Positions 33,267 through 46,217 of a DNA stretch of 64,000 nt are shown here, piece by piece. The stretch lies in assembly GCF_058153355.1 (NCBI RefSeq), contig NZ_CM177019.1. One strand, written 5' to 3'. Every line of letters starts with the position of its first letter. Positions within the stretch are counted from its first letter, which is position 1. A program made the translations under genes and the position numbers. The notes beneath the pieces are model-generated. The model saw nothing but the letters and a program-made list of their open reading frames with translations, was not told the DNA's origin and made no database searches.

Positions 33267-33857
33267 ATGCAGCTTAAACGTGTGGCAGAAGCCAAACTGC
33301 CAACCCCATGGGGCGATTTCCTGATGGTGGGATTTGAAGAACTGGCAACCGGACACGATCATGTCGCGCTAGTCTATGGCGATATTTCCGGGCATACCCC
33401 GGTACTTGCGCGCGTCCATTCCGAATGTCTGACCGGTGACGCCCTGTTCAGCTTGCGCTGCGATTGTGGCTTCCAGCTCGAAGCGGCACTGACGCAAATT
33501 GCCGAAGAAGGCCGTGGTATTTTGCTGTATCACCGTCAGGAAGGTCGTAACATTGGTCTACTGAATAAAATCCGCGCTTATGCACTGCAGGATCAAGGTT
33601 ACGATACTGTAGAGGCTAACCACCAGTTAGGCTTCGCCGCTGATGAGCGCGACTTCACTCTTTGCGCTGATATGTTCAAACTCCTTGGCGTCAATGAAGT
33701 CCGCTTGTTAACCAACAACCCGAAAAAAGTCGAAATTCTGACCGAAGCAGGGATTAATATTGTTGAACGCGTACCGTTGATTGTAGGTCGTAACCCCAAT
33801 AACGAACATTATCTCGATACCAAAGCCGAGAAAATGGGTCATTTGCTGAACAAATAA
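33267..33857 (+). CDS. ribA: GTP cyclohydrolase II
   Basis: ORF 33204..33857; start at ATG 33267 ([16 protein letters not shown]), 196 aa; Cys motif CLTGD...CDCG. Confidence 0.93.
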
Positions 33858-33880
33858 CCCTCTTGCATTGTGTAATTCAT

Positions 33881-33913
33881 TTGCTTGCCGGAAGCAAAAT
33901 AACCGGCAAGCAA
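33881..33913. terminator. bidirectional terminator between convergent ribA and acnA
   Basis: ttgcttgccgg-loop-ccggcaagcaa. Confidence 0.65.
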
Positions 33914-33920
33914 ATACTCG

Positions 33921-36596
33921 TTACTTCAACATATTACGAATGACATAATGCAAAATGCCGTCGTTCTGGTAGTAGGTCAACTCCGTCGCGGTGTCGATAC
34001 GACAACGGCAGGGTACGACTTCCTGGCTACCATCCGCGCGCGTAAACGTCACCGGAACCGTCGCACCGGGTTGTAGACTTTGCAGATCGACAATATCAAT
34101 CTTCTCTTCCCCGATTAGCCCTAACGTTTTACGCGTCACGCCTTGCGGAAATTCCAGCGGCAGGATGCCCATGCCAATTAAATTCGAACGGTGAATTCGT
34201 TCAAACGATTCGGCAATCACAACACGAATACCAAGCAGACGCGGACCTTTTGCTGCCCAGTCACGGCTGGAGCCTGATCCATACTCTTTCCCGGCAATCA
34301 CCGCCAGCGGCGTTTGCTCCTGCTTATAGCGCATCGCGGCATCATAAATAGAGACGACATCACTGTCAGGTAGATGCCGCGTCATCCCCCCTTCAACGCC
34401 AGGCACCATTTCATTACGGATGCGAATATTGGCGAAGGTGCCGCGCATCATCACTTCATGGTTACCACGCCGCGAACCGTAGGAGTTAAAGTCTTTTCGC
34501 TCAACACCCCGACCTTGTAGATATCGCCCCGCCGGGCTATCGGGCTTAATGCTGCCCGCCGGAGAAATGTGGTCAGTGGTAACCGAATCCCCCAGCATTG
34601 CGAGGATCCGCGCACCGTGAATATCTTCCACAGGTGCTGGTGTTGCCTGCATTTCATCAAAGAAAGGCGATAAGCGAATATAGGTTGAATCTTCCTGCCA
34701 ACCGTAGGTATCGGATCGTGTGACGTTAATTTCCTTCCACTCTGCTGTGCCTTCAAAAACTTCTGCGTACTCTTTGCGGAACATTTCTGTGGAGACTTGT
34801 TCTACCGCACGGGCAATTTCTTGTGCCGATGGCCAGATATCTTTCAGATATACCGGATCGCCTTTACGATCGTGACCAATAGGCTCAGAAGCGAGGTTAA
34901 TATTCATATTTCCCGCCAGCGCATAGGCAACCACCAGCGGCGGCGAGGCCAGCCAGTTAGTTTTAACCAGCGGATGGATACGGCCTTCAAAGTTACGGTT
35001 GCCGGACAGCACCGCACCGACGGTTAAATCGCCTTTTTTGATTGCCGTTTCGATAGGATCGGGCAGCGGCCCAGAGTTACCAATACAGGTGGTACAACCG
35101 TATCCCACAAGGTTAAATCCCAGTTCATCCAGATACGGTGTCAGTTTCGCTTTTGCCAGATAATCAGAAACGACTTTCGAGCCTGGTGCCAGCGACGCTT
35201 TGACCCACGGTTGCCGCTTGAGGCCCAGAGTTACAGCTTTTTTCGCCAGCAAACCAGCGGCCATCAGCACACTTGGGTTAGAGGTGTTGGTGCACGACGT
35301 TATCGCAGCAATGACCACCGCGCCATCAGGTAACTGATACTGATGTCCGTTCATAACATAATCGACCGGCTGGCGATCTTTATGCGTGGCATTTACTTCC
35401 AGTTCGTTACTGGCGGCAAATGCTTTTGGTACATCGGGCAGTGCAACGCGATCCTGTGGGCGTTTTGGCCCTGCCAGGCTCGCTTCAACGTCATTCATAT
35501 CCAGTTCTAACGTACTGGTAAAAATCGGTTCATCGCCCGGGTTACGCCACATGCCCTGCGCTTTGGCATATTTTTCGACCAACTCGACCTGATCTTCGCT
35601 GCGCCCGCTTAAACGCATGTAATCGAGGGTGACAGCATCGATTGGGAAGAAGCCACAGGTGGCACCATATTCTGGCGACATATTGGCAATGGTGGCGCGA
35701 TCCGCCAGCGGTAGTGAATCCAGCCCATCACCATAAAATTCGACGAATTTCCCCACCACGCCATGTTTGCGCAGCATTTGGGTAACGGTGAGAACCAGGT
35801 CTGTGGCGGTAATACCTTCACGTAATTTTCCGGTGAGTTTAAAGCCCACTACGTCCGGGATAAGCATGGAAACCGGCTGGCCTAACATTGCGGCTTCGGC
35901 TTCGATCCCACCAACGCCCCACCCCAGCACGCCAAGGCCGTTGATCATGGTGGTGTGCGAGTCAGTACCAACGAGTGTATCCGGATAAGCAATCCATTCA
36001 CCGTCCTGCAATTCGCTCCACACTGCTTTGCCGAGATATTCGAGGTTAACCTGATGGCAAATGCCTGTGCCTGGCGGCACGACGCTAAAACGACTGAACG
36101 CCTGCTTTCCCCATTTCAGGAACACATAACGTTCGTGGTTGCGCTCCATTTCCAGGCGCACGTTTTCTTCAAATGCCTCATCATCACCAAAACGATCGAC
36201 GGTCACCGAGTGGTCAATGACCAGGTCGACCGGTGAGAGCGGGTTAACCTTTGCAGTATCGCCGCCGAGGCGTTTAACCGCTTCGCGCATTGCCGCCAGA
36301 TCAACAACGGCAGGTACGCCGGTAAAGTCCTGCATCAGCACCCTTGCCGGGCGGTAGGCAATTTCACGGTCAGCATGGGCATTTTTCAGCCATCCCACCA
36401 GCGCGTAGATATCCTCTTCGGTAACCGAGTTACCATCCTGCCAGCGCAGCAGGTTTTCGAGCAAAACTTTGAGTGACTTAGGCAGACGGGTGATATCGCC
36501 CAGTGATTTGGCAGCAAGCGGCAGGCTGTAGTAGTGGTAAGTTTTATCTTTGGCCTGCAACGTGTCCTTACTGGCTTCTCGTAGGGTTGACGACAT
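33921..36596 (-). CDS. acnA: aconitate hydratase A
   Basis: 891 aa; aconitase family; synteny. Confidence 0.95.
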   Translation of the reverse strand: MSSTLREASKDTLQAKDKTYHYYSLPLAAKSLGDITRLPKSLKVLLENLLRWQDGNSVTEEDIYALVGWLKNAHADREIAYRPARVLMQDFTGVPAVVDLAAMREAVKRLGGDTAKVNPLSPVDLVIDHSVTVDRFGDDEAFEENVRLEMERNHERYVFLKWGKQAFSRFSVVPPGTGICHQVNLEYLGKAVWSELQDGEWIAYPDTLVGTDSHTTMINGLGVLGWGVGGIEAEAAMLGQPVSMLIPDVVGFKLTGKLREGITATDLVLTVTQMLRKHGVVGKFVEFYGDGLDSLPLADRATIANMSPEYGATCGFFPIDAVTLDYMRLSGRSEDQVELVEKYAKAQGMWRNPGDEPIFTSTLELDMNDVEASLAGPKRPQDRVALPDVPKAFAASNELEVNATHKDRQPVDYVMNGHQYQLPDGAVVIAAITSCTNTSNPSVLMAAGLLAKKAVTLGLKRQPWVKASLAPGSKVVSDYLAKAKLTPYLDELGFNLVGYGCTTCIGNSGPLPDPIETAIKKGDLTVGAVLSGNRNFEGRIHPLVKTNWLASPPLVVAYALAGNMNINLASEPIGHDRKGDPVYLKDIWPSAQEIARAVEQVSTEMFRKEYAEVFEGTAEWKEINVTRSDTYGWQEDSTYIRLSPFFDEMQATPAPVEDIHGARILAMLGDSVTTDHISPAGSIKPDSPAGRYLQGRGVERKDFNSYGSRRGNHEVMMRGTFANIRIRNEMVPGVEGGMTRHLPDSDVVSIYDAAMRYKQEQTPLAVIAGKEYGSGSSRDWAAKGPRLLGIRVVIAESFERIHRSNLIGMGILPLEFPQGVTRKTLGLIGEEKIDIVDLQSLQPGATVPVTFTRADGSQEVVPCRCRIDTATELTYYQNDGILHYVIRNMLK

Positions 36597-36736
36597 AGCT
36601 CCTCCTTAATGACAGGGTTGCGAAGCCCTGATTCTCTTCAGGGTGAATATTAAAGATAACACAAACATTGCGTAACGATTTGATAACAACCCAAATTGAT
36701 AAAAGAGGAGAAACCTTGTGGCAAAGCAAATGAAAA

Positions 36737-36752
36737 CCCCGCCGCAGCGGGG
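36737..36752 (-). terminator. hairpin ccccgc-cgca-gcgggg followed by T-run on the minus strand
   Basis: Sits 8 bp downstream of the 26-codon minus-strand ORF. Confidence 0.5.
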
Positions 36753-36759
36753 TCAGGGA

Positions 36760-36840
36760 TCAGTGAGTAATGATCCAGAGGAGTTCGGCCCAGAAGAGCA
36801 TCGACAGAGAAAATGCGCCCATCCAGGACCAATATTTCAT
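36760..36840 (-). CDS. candidate 26 aa hydrophobic small protein (MKYWSWMGAFSLSMLFWAELLWIITH)
   Basis: ATG to TGA, single TM-like peptide, followed by a terminator hairpin; too short for the ORF track. Confidence 0.3.
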   Translation of the reverse strand: MKYWSWMGAFSLSMLFWAELLWIITH

Positions 36841-36968
36841 ATTTGTGTTGATCATAGGCTACACCCTTAACGGTTATTACTTTGTGTTGAGATAACTCAA
36901 CCTGTTATTGCTGCGGTGTATTAAAAGCCCTTTAATTCATTAAAAATGGGTAATAAGAATGATGATAA

Positions 36969-37157
36969 TTATTGTTTCGGCTGATCATCTTCAGCAAACA
37001 GTTCTATAAAGGCTTGCTGCTGCGTTGTTAGTTGCCAGTCGTCTGGAATAACGACGGAACATTCCCGTTTCGTTACTGGTTCATTGTCACTATGCTGACA
37101 TAATGGTGACGACTCCAGTTGCTCCTGACCGACCATAGTTATCCCCACACTTTCCAA
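36969..37157 (-). CDS. yciX: small protein of unknown function
   Basis: 62 aa ORF in the cysB-acnA intergenic region, where K-12 carries ymiA-yciX (from memory). Confidence 0.5.
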   Translation of the reverse strand: MESVGITMVGQEQLESSPLCQHSDNEPVTKRECSVVIPDDWQLTTQQQAFIELFAEDDQPKQ

Positions 37158-37267
37158 ATCAGCAGTGCGACAACCACCCAGAAAAGTGCAGAACCAAGAA
37201 ATACCGCTAGCCAGGCTTTGCGTTTTAATTCAGGGTCCCGGCGGGGTTCCTGATTTCCAGAAGGCAT
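37139..37267 (-). CDS. ymiA: small membrane protein
   Basis: 42 aa MPSGNQEPRRDPELKRKAWLAVFLGSALFWVVVALLIWKVWG (alternative start 37279); overlaps yciX by 19 nt. Confidence 0.5.
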   Translation of the reverse strand: MPSGNQEPRRDPELKRKAWLAVFLGSALFWVVVALLIWKVWG

Positions 37268-37597
37268 TGCTAACCTCATATAATCGCCATCACTTATCAG
37301 CAAGACGTTGAACGATTGGTGTAATTAATCATAAGATGAGACAAATCCTAAAGAAACTTTAGTCAAAAATCCAGCGAATTTACGAATCGTCTCCAGTGAA
37401 TAATTCAATCTTTTGACCTGAAATAGATATTTGAAAACTGGAGTTTGCGAGGCGGGTAATTAGACACTACTTTACAGGTAATTTACCCTATAAATATGAG
37501 GGATAAAAATATTGTGCACGGTATACAAATAAGCAACAAAAGAGAATATATTCCGGCACCTTCGCTACATAAAAGGTGCCGAAAATAACGCAAGAAA

Positions 37598-38596
<999 letters not shown>

Positions 38597-38781
38597 TCAG
38601 AACATCGTTTTTTCGTCACACCTGGCGGGTGATTAATACGATTTAATAATAAAAAAGGTGCTAACTATAACCACTATATCATTTATAGCCTTAGTGTATA
38701 GGTGTGAAGAAAAAATAATATGCAATAAAAAAGGGCCGCTTTCGCGACCCTTTGTTTATAATAACCTGACAGAATTAAAGG

Positions 38782-41379
38782 TTATTTTTTCCCTTCAACC
38801 CATTTGCCATCAACATAAAATGCTGACCAGCCAGTCGCCTTTCCGTCTTTTTCCGAAGAGACATATTGCTGTTTGGTTTTACGGCTAAAGCGAACCATGG
38901 TCTTATTACCTTCCGGATCCTGCTGTGGCGCATCGGCCAGATAACGCAGTTTTTCCGGCAGACGGTCGCGGAAGCGATAAAGCTCTTCCACCAGTGGCGC
39001 ACGTGTTTCACGCGATTTCGGGAAGGTATTGGCCGCCAGGAACACACCGGCAGCACCGTCACGCAGCACGAAATAAGCATCTGATTTTTCGCACGGCAGC
39101 TCCGGTAATGGCACCGGATCTTCCTTCGGTGGTGCCACTTCGCCGTTACGTAAAATCTTACGTGTGTTTTTACACTCTTCGTTAGTGCAGGCCATGTATT
39201 TACCGAAACGCCCCATTTTCAGGTGCATTTCAGATCCACATTTTTCACACTCAACGATCGGGCCGTCATAACCTTTAATGCGGAATTCGCCCTCTTCGAT
39301 CTCGTAACCGTCGCAGGTTGGGTTATTACCACAGACATGCAACTTACGTTTCGGATCGATGAGATAGCTGTCCATCGCCGTGCCGCATTTCGGGCAACGA
39401 CGTTTTGCGCGCAGCGCGTTGGTTTCAGCGTCTTCACCTTCCAGCACGTTCAGCACTTCGTTTTCCGGCACCAGGTTGATGGTGGTTTTGCAACGCTCTT
39501 TCGGTGGCAGAGCGTAGCCGGAACAGCCAAGGAATACCCCGGTGCTCGCTGTGCGAATCCCCATTTTGCGACCACAGGTCGGGCAGTCAATGCTGGTCAG
39601 AACCATCTGGTTCGGGCGCATACCACCCTCTTCGGGATCTTTTTCAGCTTTATCTAACTGCTGGGTGAAATCCGAGAAGAAGTGATCCAGTACAGCTTTC
39701 CACTCTGCTTCGTGATTTGCCACCTGGTCGAGGCTGTTTTCCATCTGCGCGGTGAAGTCGTAGTTCATTAACTCGCGGAAATTCTCTTCCAGGCGATCGG
39801 TGACGATTTCGCCCATTTTTTCCGCATAGAAACGACGATTTTCTACTCGCACATAGCCACGATCCTGAATGGTCGAAATGATCGACGCATAGGTAGAAGG
39901 ACGACCGATACCGCGTTTTTCCAGCTCTTTGACCAGCGATGCTTCACTGAAACGGGCTGGCGGCTTGGTAAAGTGCTGGGCTGGTGTCAGTTCAACGAGC
40001 GTCAGAGCATCGCCTTTATCGACTGCCGGTAAGATACGATCTTCATCGCCTTTACGCAGCGCAGGCATCACTTTCGTCCAGCCATCAAAGCGCAAAATAC
40101 GACCGCGTGCTTTCAGGCGGAAATCGCCCGCACCAACGGTCAGCGTCGTGGAGTCATATTTCGCTGGGGTCATCTGGCAGGCAACGAACTGACGCCAGAT
40201 TAACTGGTACAGTTTCTGCGCATCTGCTTCCATATCCTTCAGCGATTCCGCCATCACATTGACGTCAGAAGGACGAATCGCTTCGTGCGCTTCCTGTGAG
40301 TTTTCTTTGCTGGCGTACTGATTCGGACTTTCCGGCAGATATTTCTTACCAAAATTATCGCTGATATAACCGCGAACCATATTTACTGCGTCCTGACTCA
40401 GGTTGGTGGAGTCGGTACGCATGTAAGTGATATAGCCTGCTTCATACAAACGCTGCGCCATCATCATGGTTTTTTTCACGCCAAAACCAAGACGGGTGCT
40501 GGCAGCTTGTTGCAGCGTAGAGGTAATAAAAGGAGCGCCAGGTTTACTGGTTGTCGGTTTGTCTTCACGTTCCAGCACGCTGTAGCGCGCTTTTTCCAGC
40601 AGACTTACCGCAGCCTGAGTTTGTTCTTTGTTGACCGGGCGGAACGGTTTGTCGTTCTGATGAGTCACCTGCAACGCCAACGCATCACCAGATGGCGTGG
40701 TCGTGCTGGCATCGACTTCCCAGAACTCTTCCGGTACGAACGCTTTAATTTCACGCTCACGCTCGACCACCAGGCGGACCGCCACCGACTGCACACGACC
40801 TGCAGACAGACCACGAGCGATCTTTTTCCACAGCAGCGGCGAAACCATATATCCCACCACGCGGTCCATAAAGCGACGCGCCTGCTGGGCATTAACACGA
40901 TCAATATTCAGCTCACCTGGTTTGTTAAATGCCTGGCGGATCGCGTTTTTAGTAATTTCGTTAAACACCACTCGGCTATAGCGCGCATCATCACCACCAA
41001 TCACTTCCCGCAGGTGCCATGCAATGGCTTCCCCTTCGCGGTCAAGGTCGGTTGCGAGATAGATGTGGTCTGCTTTTTCAGCCAGTTGTTTCAGTTCAGA
41101 GACGACCTTCTCTTTACCAGGCAGCACTTCATAGTGCGCCTCCCAATTGTGCCACGGGTCAACCCCCATACGGTTGACGAGAGCGCCACGTTCATCCTTT
41201 TTAGGCTTTTTAGCCGTCTTGGTGGAGGTAGAGTCGGCACTCTTTTTGGCAGCTGAGCCACTGGTCGGCAAATCGCGGATGTGACCGACGCTGGATTTCA
41301 CCACGTAGTCACTACCCAGATACTTGTTGATCGTTTTGGCTTTTGCCGGGGACTCAACGATGACAAGAGCTTTACCCAT
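38782..41379 (-). CDS. topA: DNA topoisomerase I
   Basis: ORF 38782..41421; start at [17 protein letters not shown] gives 865 aa; C-terminal Zn-ribbon Cys clusters. Confidence 0.95.
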   Translation of the reverse strand: MGKALVIVESPAKAKTINKYLGSDYVVKSSVGHIRDLPTSGSAAKKSADSTSTKTAKKPKKDERGALVNRMGVDPWHNWEAHYEVLPGKEKVVSELKQLAEKADHIYLATDLDREGEAIAWHLREVIGGDDARYSRVVFNEITKNAIRQAFNKPGELNIDRVNAQQARRFMDRVVGYMVSPLLWKKIARGLSAGRVQSVAVRLVVEREREIKAFVPEEFWEVDASTTTPSGDALALQVTHQNDKPFRPVNKEQTQAAVSLLEKARYSVLEREDKPTTSKPGAPFITSTLQQAASTRLGFGVKKTMMMAQRLYEAGYITYMRTDSTNLSQDAVNMVRGYISDNFGKKYLPESPNQYASKENSQEAHEAIRPSDVNVMAESLKDMEADAQKLYQLIWRQFVACQMTPAKYDSTTLTVGAGDFRLKARGRILRFDGWTKVMPALRKGDEDRILPAVDKGDALTLVELTPAQHFTKPPARFSEASLVKELEKRGIGRPSTYASIISTIQDRGYVRVENRRFYAEKMGEIVTDRLEENFRELMNYDFTAQMENSLDQVANHEAEWKAVLDHFFSDFTQQLDKAEKDPEEGGMRPNQMVLTSIDCPTCGRKMGIRTASTGVFLGCSGYALPPKERCKTTINLVPENEVLNVLEGEDAETNALRAKRRCPKCGTAMDSYLIDPKRKLHVCGNNPTCDGYEIEEGEFRIKGYDGPIVECEKCGSEMHLKMGRFGKYMACTNEECKNTRKILRNGEVAPPKEDPVPLPELPCEKSDAYFVLRDGAAGVFLAANTFPKSRETRAPLVEELYRFRDRLPEKLRYLADAPQQDPEGNKTMVRFSRKTKQQYVSSEKDGKATGWSAFYVDGKWVEGKK

Positions 41380-41758
41380 ATTCACCTTACCTAATTTGAT
41401 TCTTCCAGGAATGCGTCGCACGTTGATAAACCTTCCACTGGCAACGAGTTACCGATATGGACTCGTTCTCTGCGGATATCAACCCCTTGTCGTGACTCTG
41501 TTCACGAAAATTCAGGTGACTGAGTTAACAGGTCTTGGCCTACAGGCGCTATAGCACGACGGAATTTTGGTCGAATGTCAAGCAAATCTATTGCCAGATT
41601 GACGAAAGCGTCACACTGTACCTGATAAAATCCGATACGCAACTTTATTAGCATGCAAAATCCAAAGTTGCCAGTAAGGCGCTCTTGCCACCAGCGTGGT
41701 ATATTTGTCTGCAAGCCATGCCTGGCGTAGACTAATGTCCTTGTTTAAGGAGTAAATA

Positions 41759-42010
41759 ATGAACAAAGAGACACAACCCATCGACCGCGAAACGCTGTTG
41801 AAAGAGGCCAATAAAATCATTCGTGAGCATGAGGATACGCTCGCAGGGATTGAAGCCACCGGCGTCTCGCAGCGTAATGGCGTGCTGGTCTTTACCGGCG
41901 ACTACTTTTTAGATGAACAAGGATTGCCAACAGCCAAAAGCACCGCGGTGTTTAATATGTTCAAACACCTGGCCCATGTGCTTTCAGAAAAATATCACCT
42001 GGTTGATTAA
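41759..42010 (+). CDS. yciN: small conserved protein (DUF2498)
   Basis: 83 aa; conserved position between topA and sohB. Confidence 0.8.
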   Translation: MNKETQPIDRETLLKEANKIIREHEDTLAGIEATGVSQRNGVLVFTGDYFLDEQGLPTAKSTAVFNMFKHLAHVLSEKYHLVD

Positions 42011-42014
42011 AGCA

Positions 42015-42047
42015 AAACGCGAGGTCTTACCCTCGCGTTTGTCTTTT
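42015..42047. terminator. bidirectional terminator between yciN and sohB
   Basis: aaacgcgagg-tcttac-cctcgcgttt followed by gtctttt. Confidence 0.7.
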
Positions 42048-43095
42048 ACATCAATGGCTTTTGCCCCCGCTGCCACCAGCGTAGCAACAATCGATCGGCG
42101 CTCTCTGCCGCGCTGCCGGTGAATCGGTCAATGAGTCTTTTACGCTGCATATAGCGTACATTGACCACTTCACGGCCTTCCATCAGGCTAAGAATAACTT
42201 CATCACTGGTGTTGATTTCATCAACCAGGCCTTTCTCTACCGCCTGTTGTCCGTACCAGTGTTCACCCGTTGCCACCTGTTCAATATCCAGAGACGGACG
42301 CATACGCTTCACAAAATCTTTAAATAACTGATGCGTTTCGTTCAGCTCTTCGCGGAATTTCTCCCGCCCTTCTTCGGTGTTTTCACCCAGCAAGGTCAGC
42401 GTGCGCTTATACTGCCCGGCGGTGTGCAGTTCGATATCAATATCTTTGCTTTTCAGGAAGCGGTTAAAGTTGGGCATTTGCGCCACCACCCCAATGGAAC
42501 CCACAATAGCAAACGGTGCGGAAACAATTTTGTCCGCCACACAGGCCATCATGTAACCGCCGCTGGCAGCAACTTTGTCTACCGTAACAGTTAAAGGAAT
42601 GTTTTTATCACGCAGACGCTGCAGCTGCGAAGCCGCCAGCCCGTAACCATGCACCATGCCACCAGGGCTTTCCAGACGTAGCACAACCTGATCCTGCGGT
42701 TTAAATGCTGCGAGTACCGCCGTTATCTCTTCACGTAGCGAGTTCACTTCATGGGCGTCCATGCTGCCTTTAAAATCCAGCACCCAGACGCGAGGTTTAC
42801 TGTCAGTTGCCACCTCGCCCAGTTTGGCTTTCGCTTTTGCGGCTTTCGCTTCTTGCTTGTGCTTTTTCTTCTGCGCTTTATGCCACTGTTTTTGCTGATG
42901 AGTGTCCATCAGCGCCGCGGCCAGTTCTTCTTTCATCTCCTTATACTGTTCGCTGAGATTGTTGACCCGTAACTCGCCACGCTGGCGTTTATTACGTTGA
43001 GCAACATTGACAATAATGGCGGCAATCGCCGCAATCGCTAGCACAACGGTAACGATTTTCGCCAAAAACAAACCATATTCAGACAACAATTCCAC
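42046..43095 (-). CDS. sohB: S49-family inner-membrane peptidase
   Basis: 349 aa; N-terminal TM then Lys-rich linker and S49 peptidase domain. Confidence 0.9.
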   Translation of the reverse strand: MELLSEYGLFLAKIVTVVLAIAAIAAIIVNVAQRNKRQRGELRVNNLSEQYKEMKEELAAALMDTHQQKQWHKAQKKKHKQEAKAAKAKAKLGEVATDSKPRVWVLDFKGSMDAHEVNSLREEITAVLAAFKPQDQVVLRLESPGGMVHGYGLAASQLQRLRDKNIPLTVTVDKVAASGGYMMACVADKIVSAPFAIVGSIGVVAQMPNFNRFLKSKDIDIELHTAGQYKRTLTLLGENTEEGREKFREELNETHQLFKDFVKRMRPSLDIEQVATGEHWYGQQAVEKGLVDEINTSDEVILSLMEGREVVNVRYMQRKRLIDRFTGSAAESADRLLLRWWQRGQKPLM

Positions 43096-43314
43096 GAGTC
43101 CCCACCTTGGTTAAACAACGCTTTGGCTCACAGTTTACAACAGGCATGTTAAGCCGTCTCGCAGAGATGTTATTGCAGCGAAAGTATGACAAAGTATCCA
43201 TTTTGCGGTGTTATCGCCCCAGGCTGATTGAAATGCCCTTCTGTTTCAGGCATAAAGCCCCAAAGTCTTAAAGTACACTGGCAGCGCGACAGACAACGTC
43301 GTTGAGGAGTAGCC

Positions 43315-44073
43315 ATGCATTACCAGCCAAAACAAGATTTACTCAATGATCGCATTATCCTGGTGACGGGAGCCAGCAATGGTATTGGTCGTGAAGCCGC
43401 GATGACGTATGCACGCTATGGTGCGACAGTGATTCTGTTGGGCCGTAATGAAGAAAAATTACGTCAGGTAGCCAGCCACATAAACGAAGAAACTGGGCGT
43501 CAGCCACAGTGGTTTATTCTCGATTTGCTGACCTGCACGTCCGAAGATTGCCAACAACTGGCACAGCGCATTGCCGTTAATTATCCGCGTCTGGATGGTG
43601 TTTTGCATAATGCCGGATTGCTCGGCGATGTTTGCCCAATGAGCGAACAAAATCCGCAGGTCTGGCAGGACGTCATGCAGGTCAACGTTAATGCCACCTT
43701 TATGCTCACCCAGGCACTGCTTCCTTTATTACTCAAATCGGACGCCGGTTCACTGGTCTTTACTTCATCAAGCGTTGGACGTCAGGGGCGTGCAAACTGG
43801 GGCGCTTATGCAGCGTCGAAATTTGCCACCGAAGGGATGATGCAGGTACTGGCCGATGAATATCAGCAGCGCCTGCGCGTCAACTGCATTAACCCAGGTG
43901 GTACGCGCACCGCAATGCGCGCAAGCGCCTTCCCGACCGAAGATCCACAGAAACTTAAAACACCCGCTGATATCATGCCGCTCTACCTCTGGCTGATGGG
44001 CGATGACAGCCGCCGTAAAACCGGCATGACCTTTGACGCCCAACCGGGCCGTAAACCAGGAATATCCCAATGA
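43315..44073 (+). CDS. yciK: short-chain dehydrogenase/reductase
   Basis: 252 aa; Rossmann motif VTGASNGIGREAA. Confidence 0.9.
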   Translation: MHYQPKQDLLNDRIILVTGASNGIGREAAMTYARYGATVILLGRNEEKLRQVASHINEETGRQPQWFILDLLTCTSEDCQQLAQRIAVNYPRLDGVLHNAGLLGDVCPMSEQNPQVWQDVMQVNVNATFMLTQALLPLLLKSDAGSLVFTSSSVGRQGRANWGAYAASKFATEGMMQVLADEYQQRLRVNCINPGGTRTAMRASAFPTEDPQKLKTPADIMPLYLWLMGDDSRRKTGMTFDAQPGRKPGISQ

Positions 44074-44660
44074 GTGATGAACGCTACCAACAGCGTCAGC
44101 AGCGTGTAAAAGATAAAGTGGATGCCCGTGTGGCCCAGGCCCAGGATGAACGCGGTATTATCATCGTCTTTACCGGCAATGGAAAAGGCAAAACCACCGC
44201 AGCATTTGGTACGGCAACACGCGCAGTTGGTCACGGAAAAAAAGTGGGCGTCGTGCAGTTTATTAAAGGCACCTGGCCTAATGGCGAACGAAATCTGCTG
44301 GAACCACACGGCGTTGAATTTCAGGTGATGGCAACGGGCTTTACCTGGGATACGCAAAACCGCGAATCTGATACCGCGGCCTGCCGTGAAGTCTGGCAAC
44401 ATGCCAAACGAATGCTGGCCGATCCTTCACTGGATATGGTTTTGCTCGATGAGCTGACTTGTATGGTGGCGTATGACTATTTGCCACTGGAAGAAGTGGT
44501 GCAGGCGTTAAATGAACGTCCACATCAACAGACGGTGATTATCACGGGGCGTGGTTGTCATCGGGATATTCTTGAACTGGCGGATACGGTAAGTGAATTA
44601 CGCCCCGTCAAACATGCGTTTGATGCTGGTGTTAAGGCGCAAATCGGGATTGATTATTAA
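44070..44660 (+). CDS. btuR: cob(I)alamin adenosyltransferase
   Basis: 196 aa; P-loop GNGKGKTTAAFG; overlaps the yciK stop. Confidence 0.92.
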   Translation: MSDERYQQRQQRVKDKVDARVAQAQDERGIIIVFTGNGKGKTTAAFGTATRAVGHGKKVGVVQFIKGTWPNGERNLLEPHGVEFQVMATGFTWDTQNRESDTAACREVWQHAKRMLADPSLDMVLLDELTCMVAYDYLPLEEVVQALNERPHQQTVIITGRGCHRDILELADTVSELRPVKHAFDAGVKAQIGIDY

Positions 44661-44666
44661 GTGAAA

Positions 44667-44700
44667 GCACCTCAAAAGTTCGCCTCTTGAGGTGCTAATT
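44667..44700 (+). terminator. intrinsic terminator after btuR
   Basis: gcacctcaa-loop-ttgaggtgc then taatttta. Confidence 0.7.
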
Positions 44701-44716
44701 TTAGATACTGAATGGC

Positions 44717-45025
44717 TTAATTAGCCACGGCAAAATTAAGAAGAGCTTGAATTTTATTCAAGTGTGCGGGATATTCCATGTCATTATCCGCATTGACGTC
44801 TTCAATAAACAGTATTAATTCAGTGATCAAATCATTAGCATCTTCATAACTAATACCAGTCAGTTCTGGTGACGTTTGCGAGCCATAATTAATTGTCAGA
44901 TTATTCATTACCGACAAAACCAGAATAAAATATTTGTGACATATATCGCAAGTTGTTCGGTTTCCTAAGGCATAGTACAGCATATTGAGCAATGCCAGTA
45001 TTCGTCGATTTTGCACATCGTTCAT
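44717..45025 (-). CDS. hypothetical 102 aa protein, no signal peptide, no recognisable domain; partner of the upstream lipoprotein
   Basis: ORF with AGGAGG RBS (ttataggaggtcatt-ATG) that overlaps the lipoprotein TAG stop; AT-rich. Confidence 0.7.
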   Translation of the reverse strand: MNDVQNRRILALLNMLYYALGNRTTCDICHKYFILVLSVMNNLTINYGSQTSPELTGISYEDANDLITELILFIEDVNADNDMEYPAHLNKIQALLNFAVAN

Positions 45026-45034
45026 AATGACCTC

Positions 45035-46057
45035 CTATAACATAACTCCGCTGGCAATAAGAAGTTTTGCCAGCTCCTCTGACGCCTGTAGACCACTAAT
45101 AACTTGAGAACGCAGGATCTCATTCCTACGCTCTAAATCCGCTTTAGAAAGAGATTTATTAGCGTATAAATCTTGTAGATGATTTCCTTTATCCATGAAG
45201 GCATTAATAGCTTGTATTGCTGGAGCCGCCGGATCAGATGAACGCAATCTGCTTTCATTAAGATTAATTACTGCACTCAAAAATTCCTGTCTACTCTTTA
45301 ATGTTTTAAATTCTATGTTTTTAGTATTTGCTCGGGCCTTATTATAGTAATAAAAATTATTGCTGATGTTCGCAAAATTATTCCAATCCATTTGCTGCTG
45401 TTTCGTTGCTATATCATCGAGTAAATCTTGTAAATTTCTTTGAAGTCGTGGCCAGTCACTACCTACCGTTTTACCAACATTTTCTGATTTAATCTTCTCT
45501 TTATATAATCCATTGAAATATTGAACTAAATCTTTAACAGCTACAGCTGACTTAGTCAGTTCTTCACCTTCTGAAAGGCCAAGTAGTTTTTGGGCGTTGT
45601 TTGCATGATCGAGCGCCTGATTAAGTAATATAATTTGTTTACTATCGTCAACATCCATATCCACCGTCAACAACTCCACATAGGAGCTCATACTGTTAAC
45701 GACCTCAAGTGAAGCCAGTAGCTTTTGTTTTTCTGTGGTTGCCAATTGAACTTTAGTAACGTCTTTATACGATGTTTTGTCCCCTTTCTCTGATTGCATA
45801 CATAAGGACTCTTTATTAGTATTATTTTCCATAATCGTTTCATAATCAGGTCGCAATGCACAATCCGGATTAGTCGCATAAAAATTAACAAGGAAGTTTT
45901 CACGAGAAGCATAGTATTGTTTAAAGAAACTTGCATTCGCCGCAACCGCCTTGTTACCCGCAGTAATAACAGTTTCAGCTTGTTCATTCTTCAATGCTTC
46001 GGTTGCACAACCTGAAAGCATTAACAGCGATAGAAATAATCCACTATATCTAATCAT
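45035..46057 (-). CDS. hypothetical 340 aa lipoprotein, Asn/Lys/Gln/Leu-rich, unknown function
   Basis: Signal peptide with lipobox MIRYSGLFLSLLMLSGC; GAGGTG RBS; strongly AT-rich. Confidence 0.75.
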   Translation of the reverse strand: MIRYSGLFLSLLMLSGCATEALKNEQAETVITAGNKAVAANASFFKQYYASRENFLVNFYATNPDCALRPDYETIMENNTNKESLCMQSEKGDKTSYKDVTKVQLATTEKQKLLASLEVVNSMSSYVELLTVDMDVDDSKQIILLNQALDHANNAQKLLGLSEGEELTKSAVAVKDLVQYFNGLYKEKIKSENVGKTVGSDWPRLQRNLQDLLDDIATKQQQMDWNNFANISNNFYYYNKARANTKNIEFKTLKSRQEFLSAVINLNESRLRSSDPAAPAIQAINAFMDKGNHLQDLYANKSLSKADLERRNEILRSQVISGLQASEELAKLLIASGVML

Positions 46058-46197
46058 AACCCACCTCTTGACGTTGAGTTTATCTCAGATAATTAAATAG
46101 TAATGTGGCTATTCCCTGGCATTATTCATAAGCAAGTATGAAATTAAATTAAAATACTGCGACTATTTATCATGCTTCAAATGAAGAAAAGGCCCCG

Positions 46198-46217
46198 CAG
46201 GGCCTTTATTTAATACT
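46198..46217 (-). terminator. rluB intrinsic terminator
   Basis: aaaggccc-cgca-gggccttt; on the minus strand followed by ttttcttcattt; 10 bp after the rluB stop. Confidence 0.7.
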
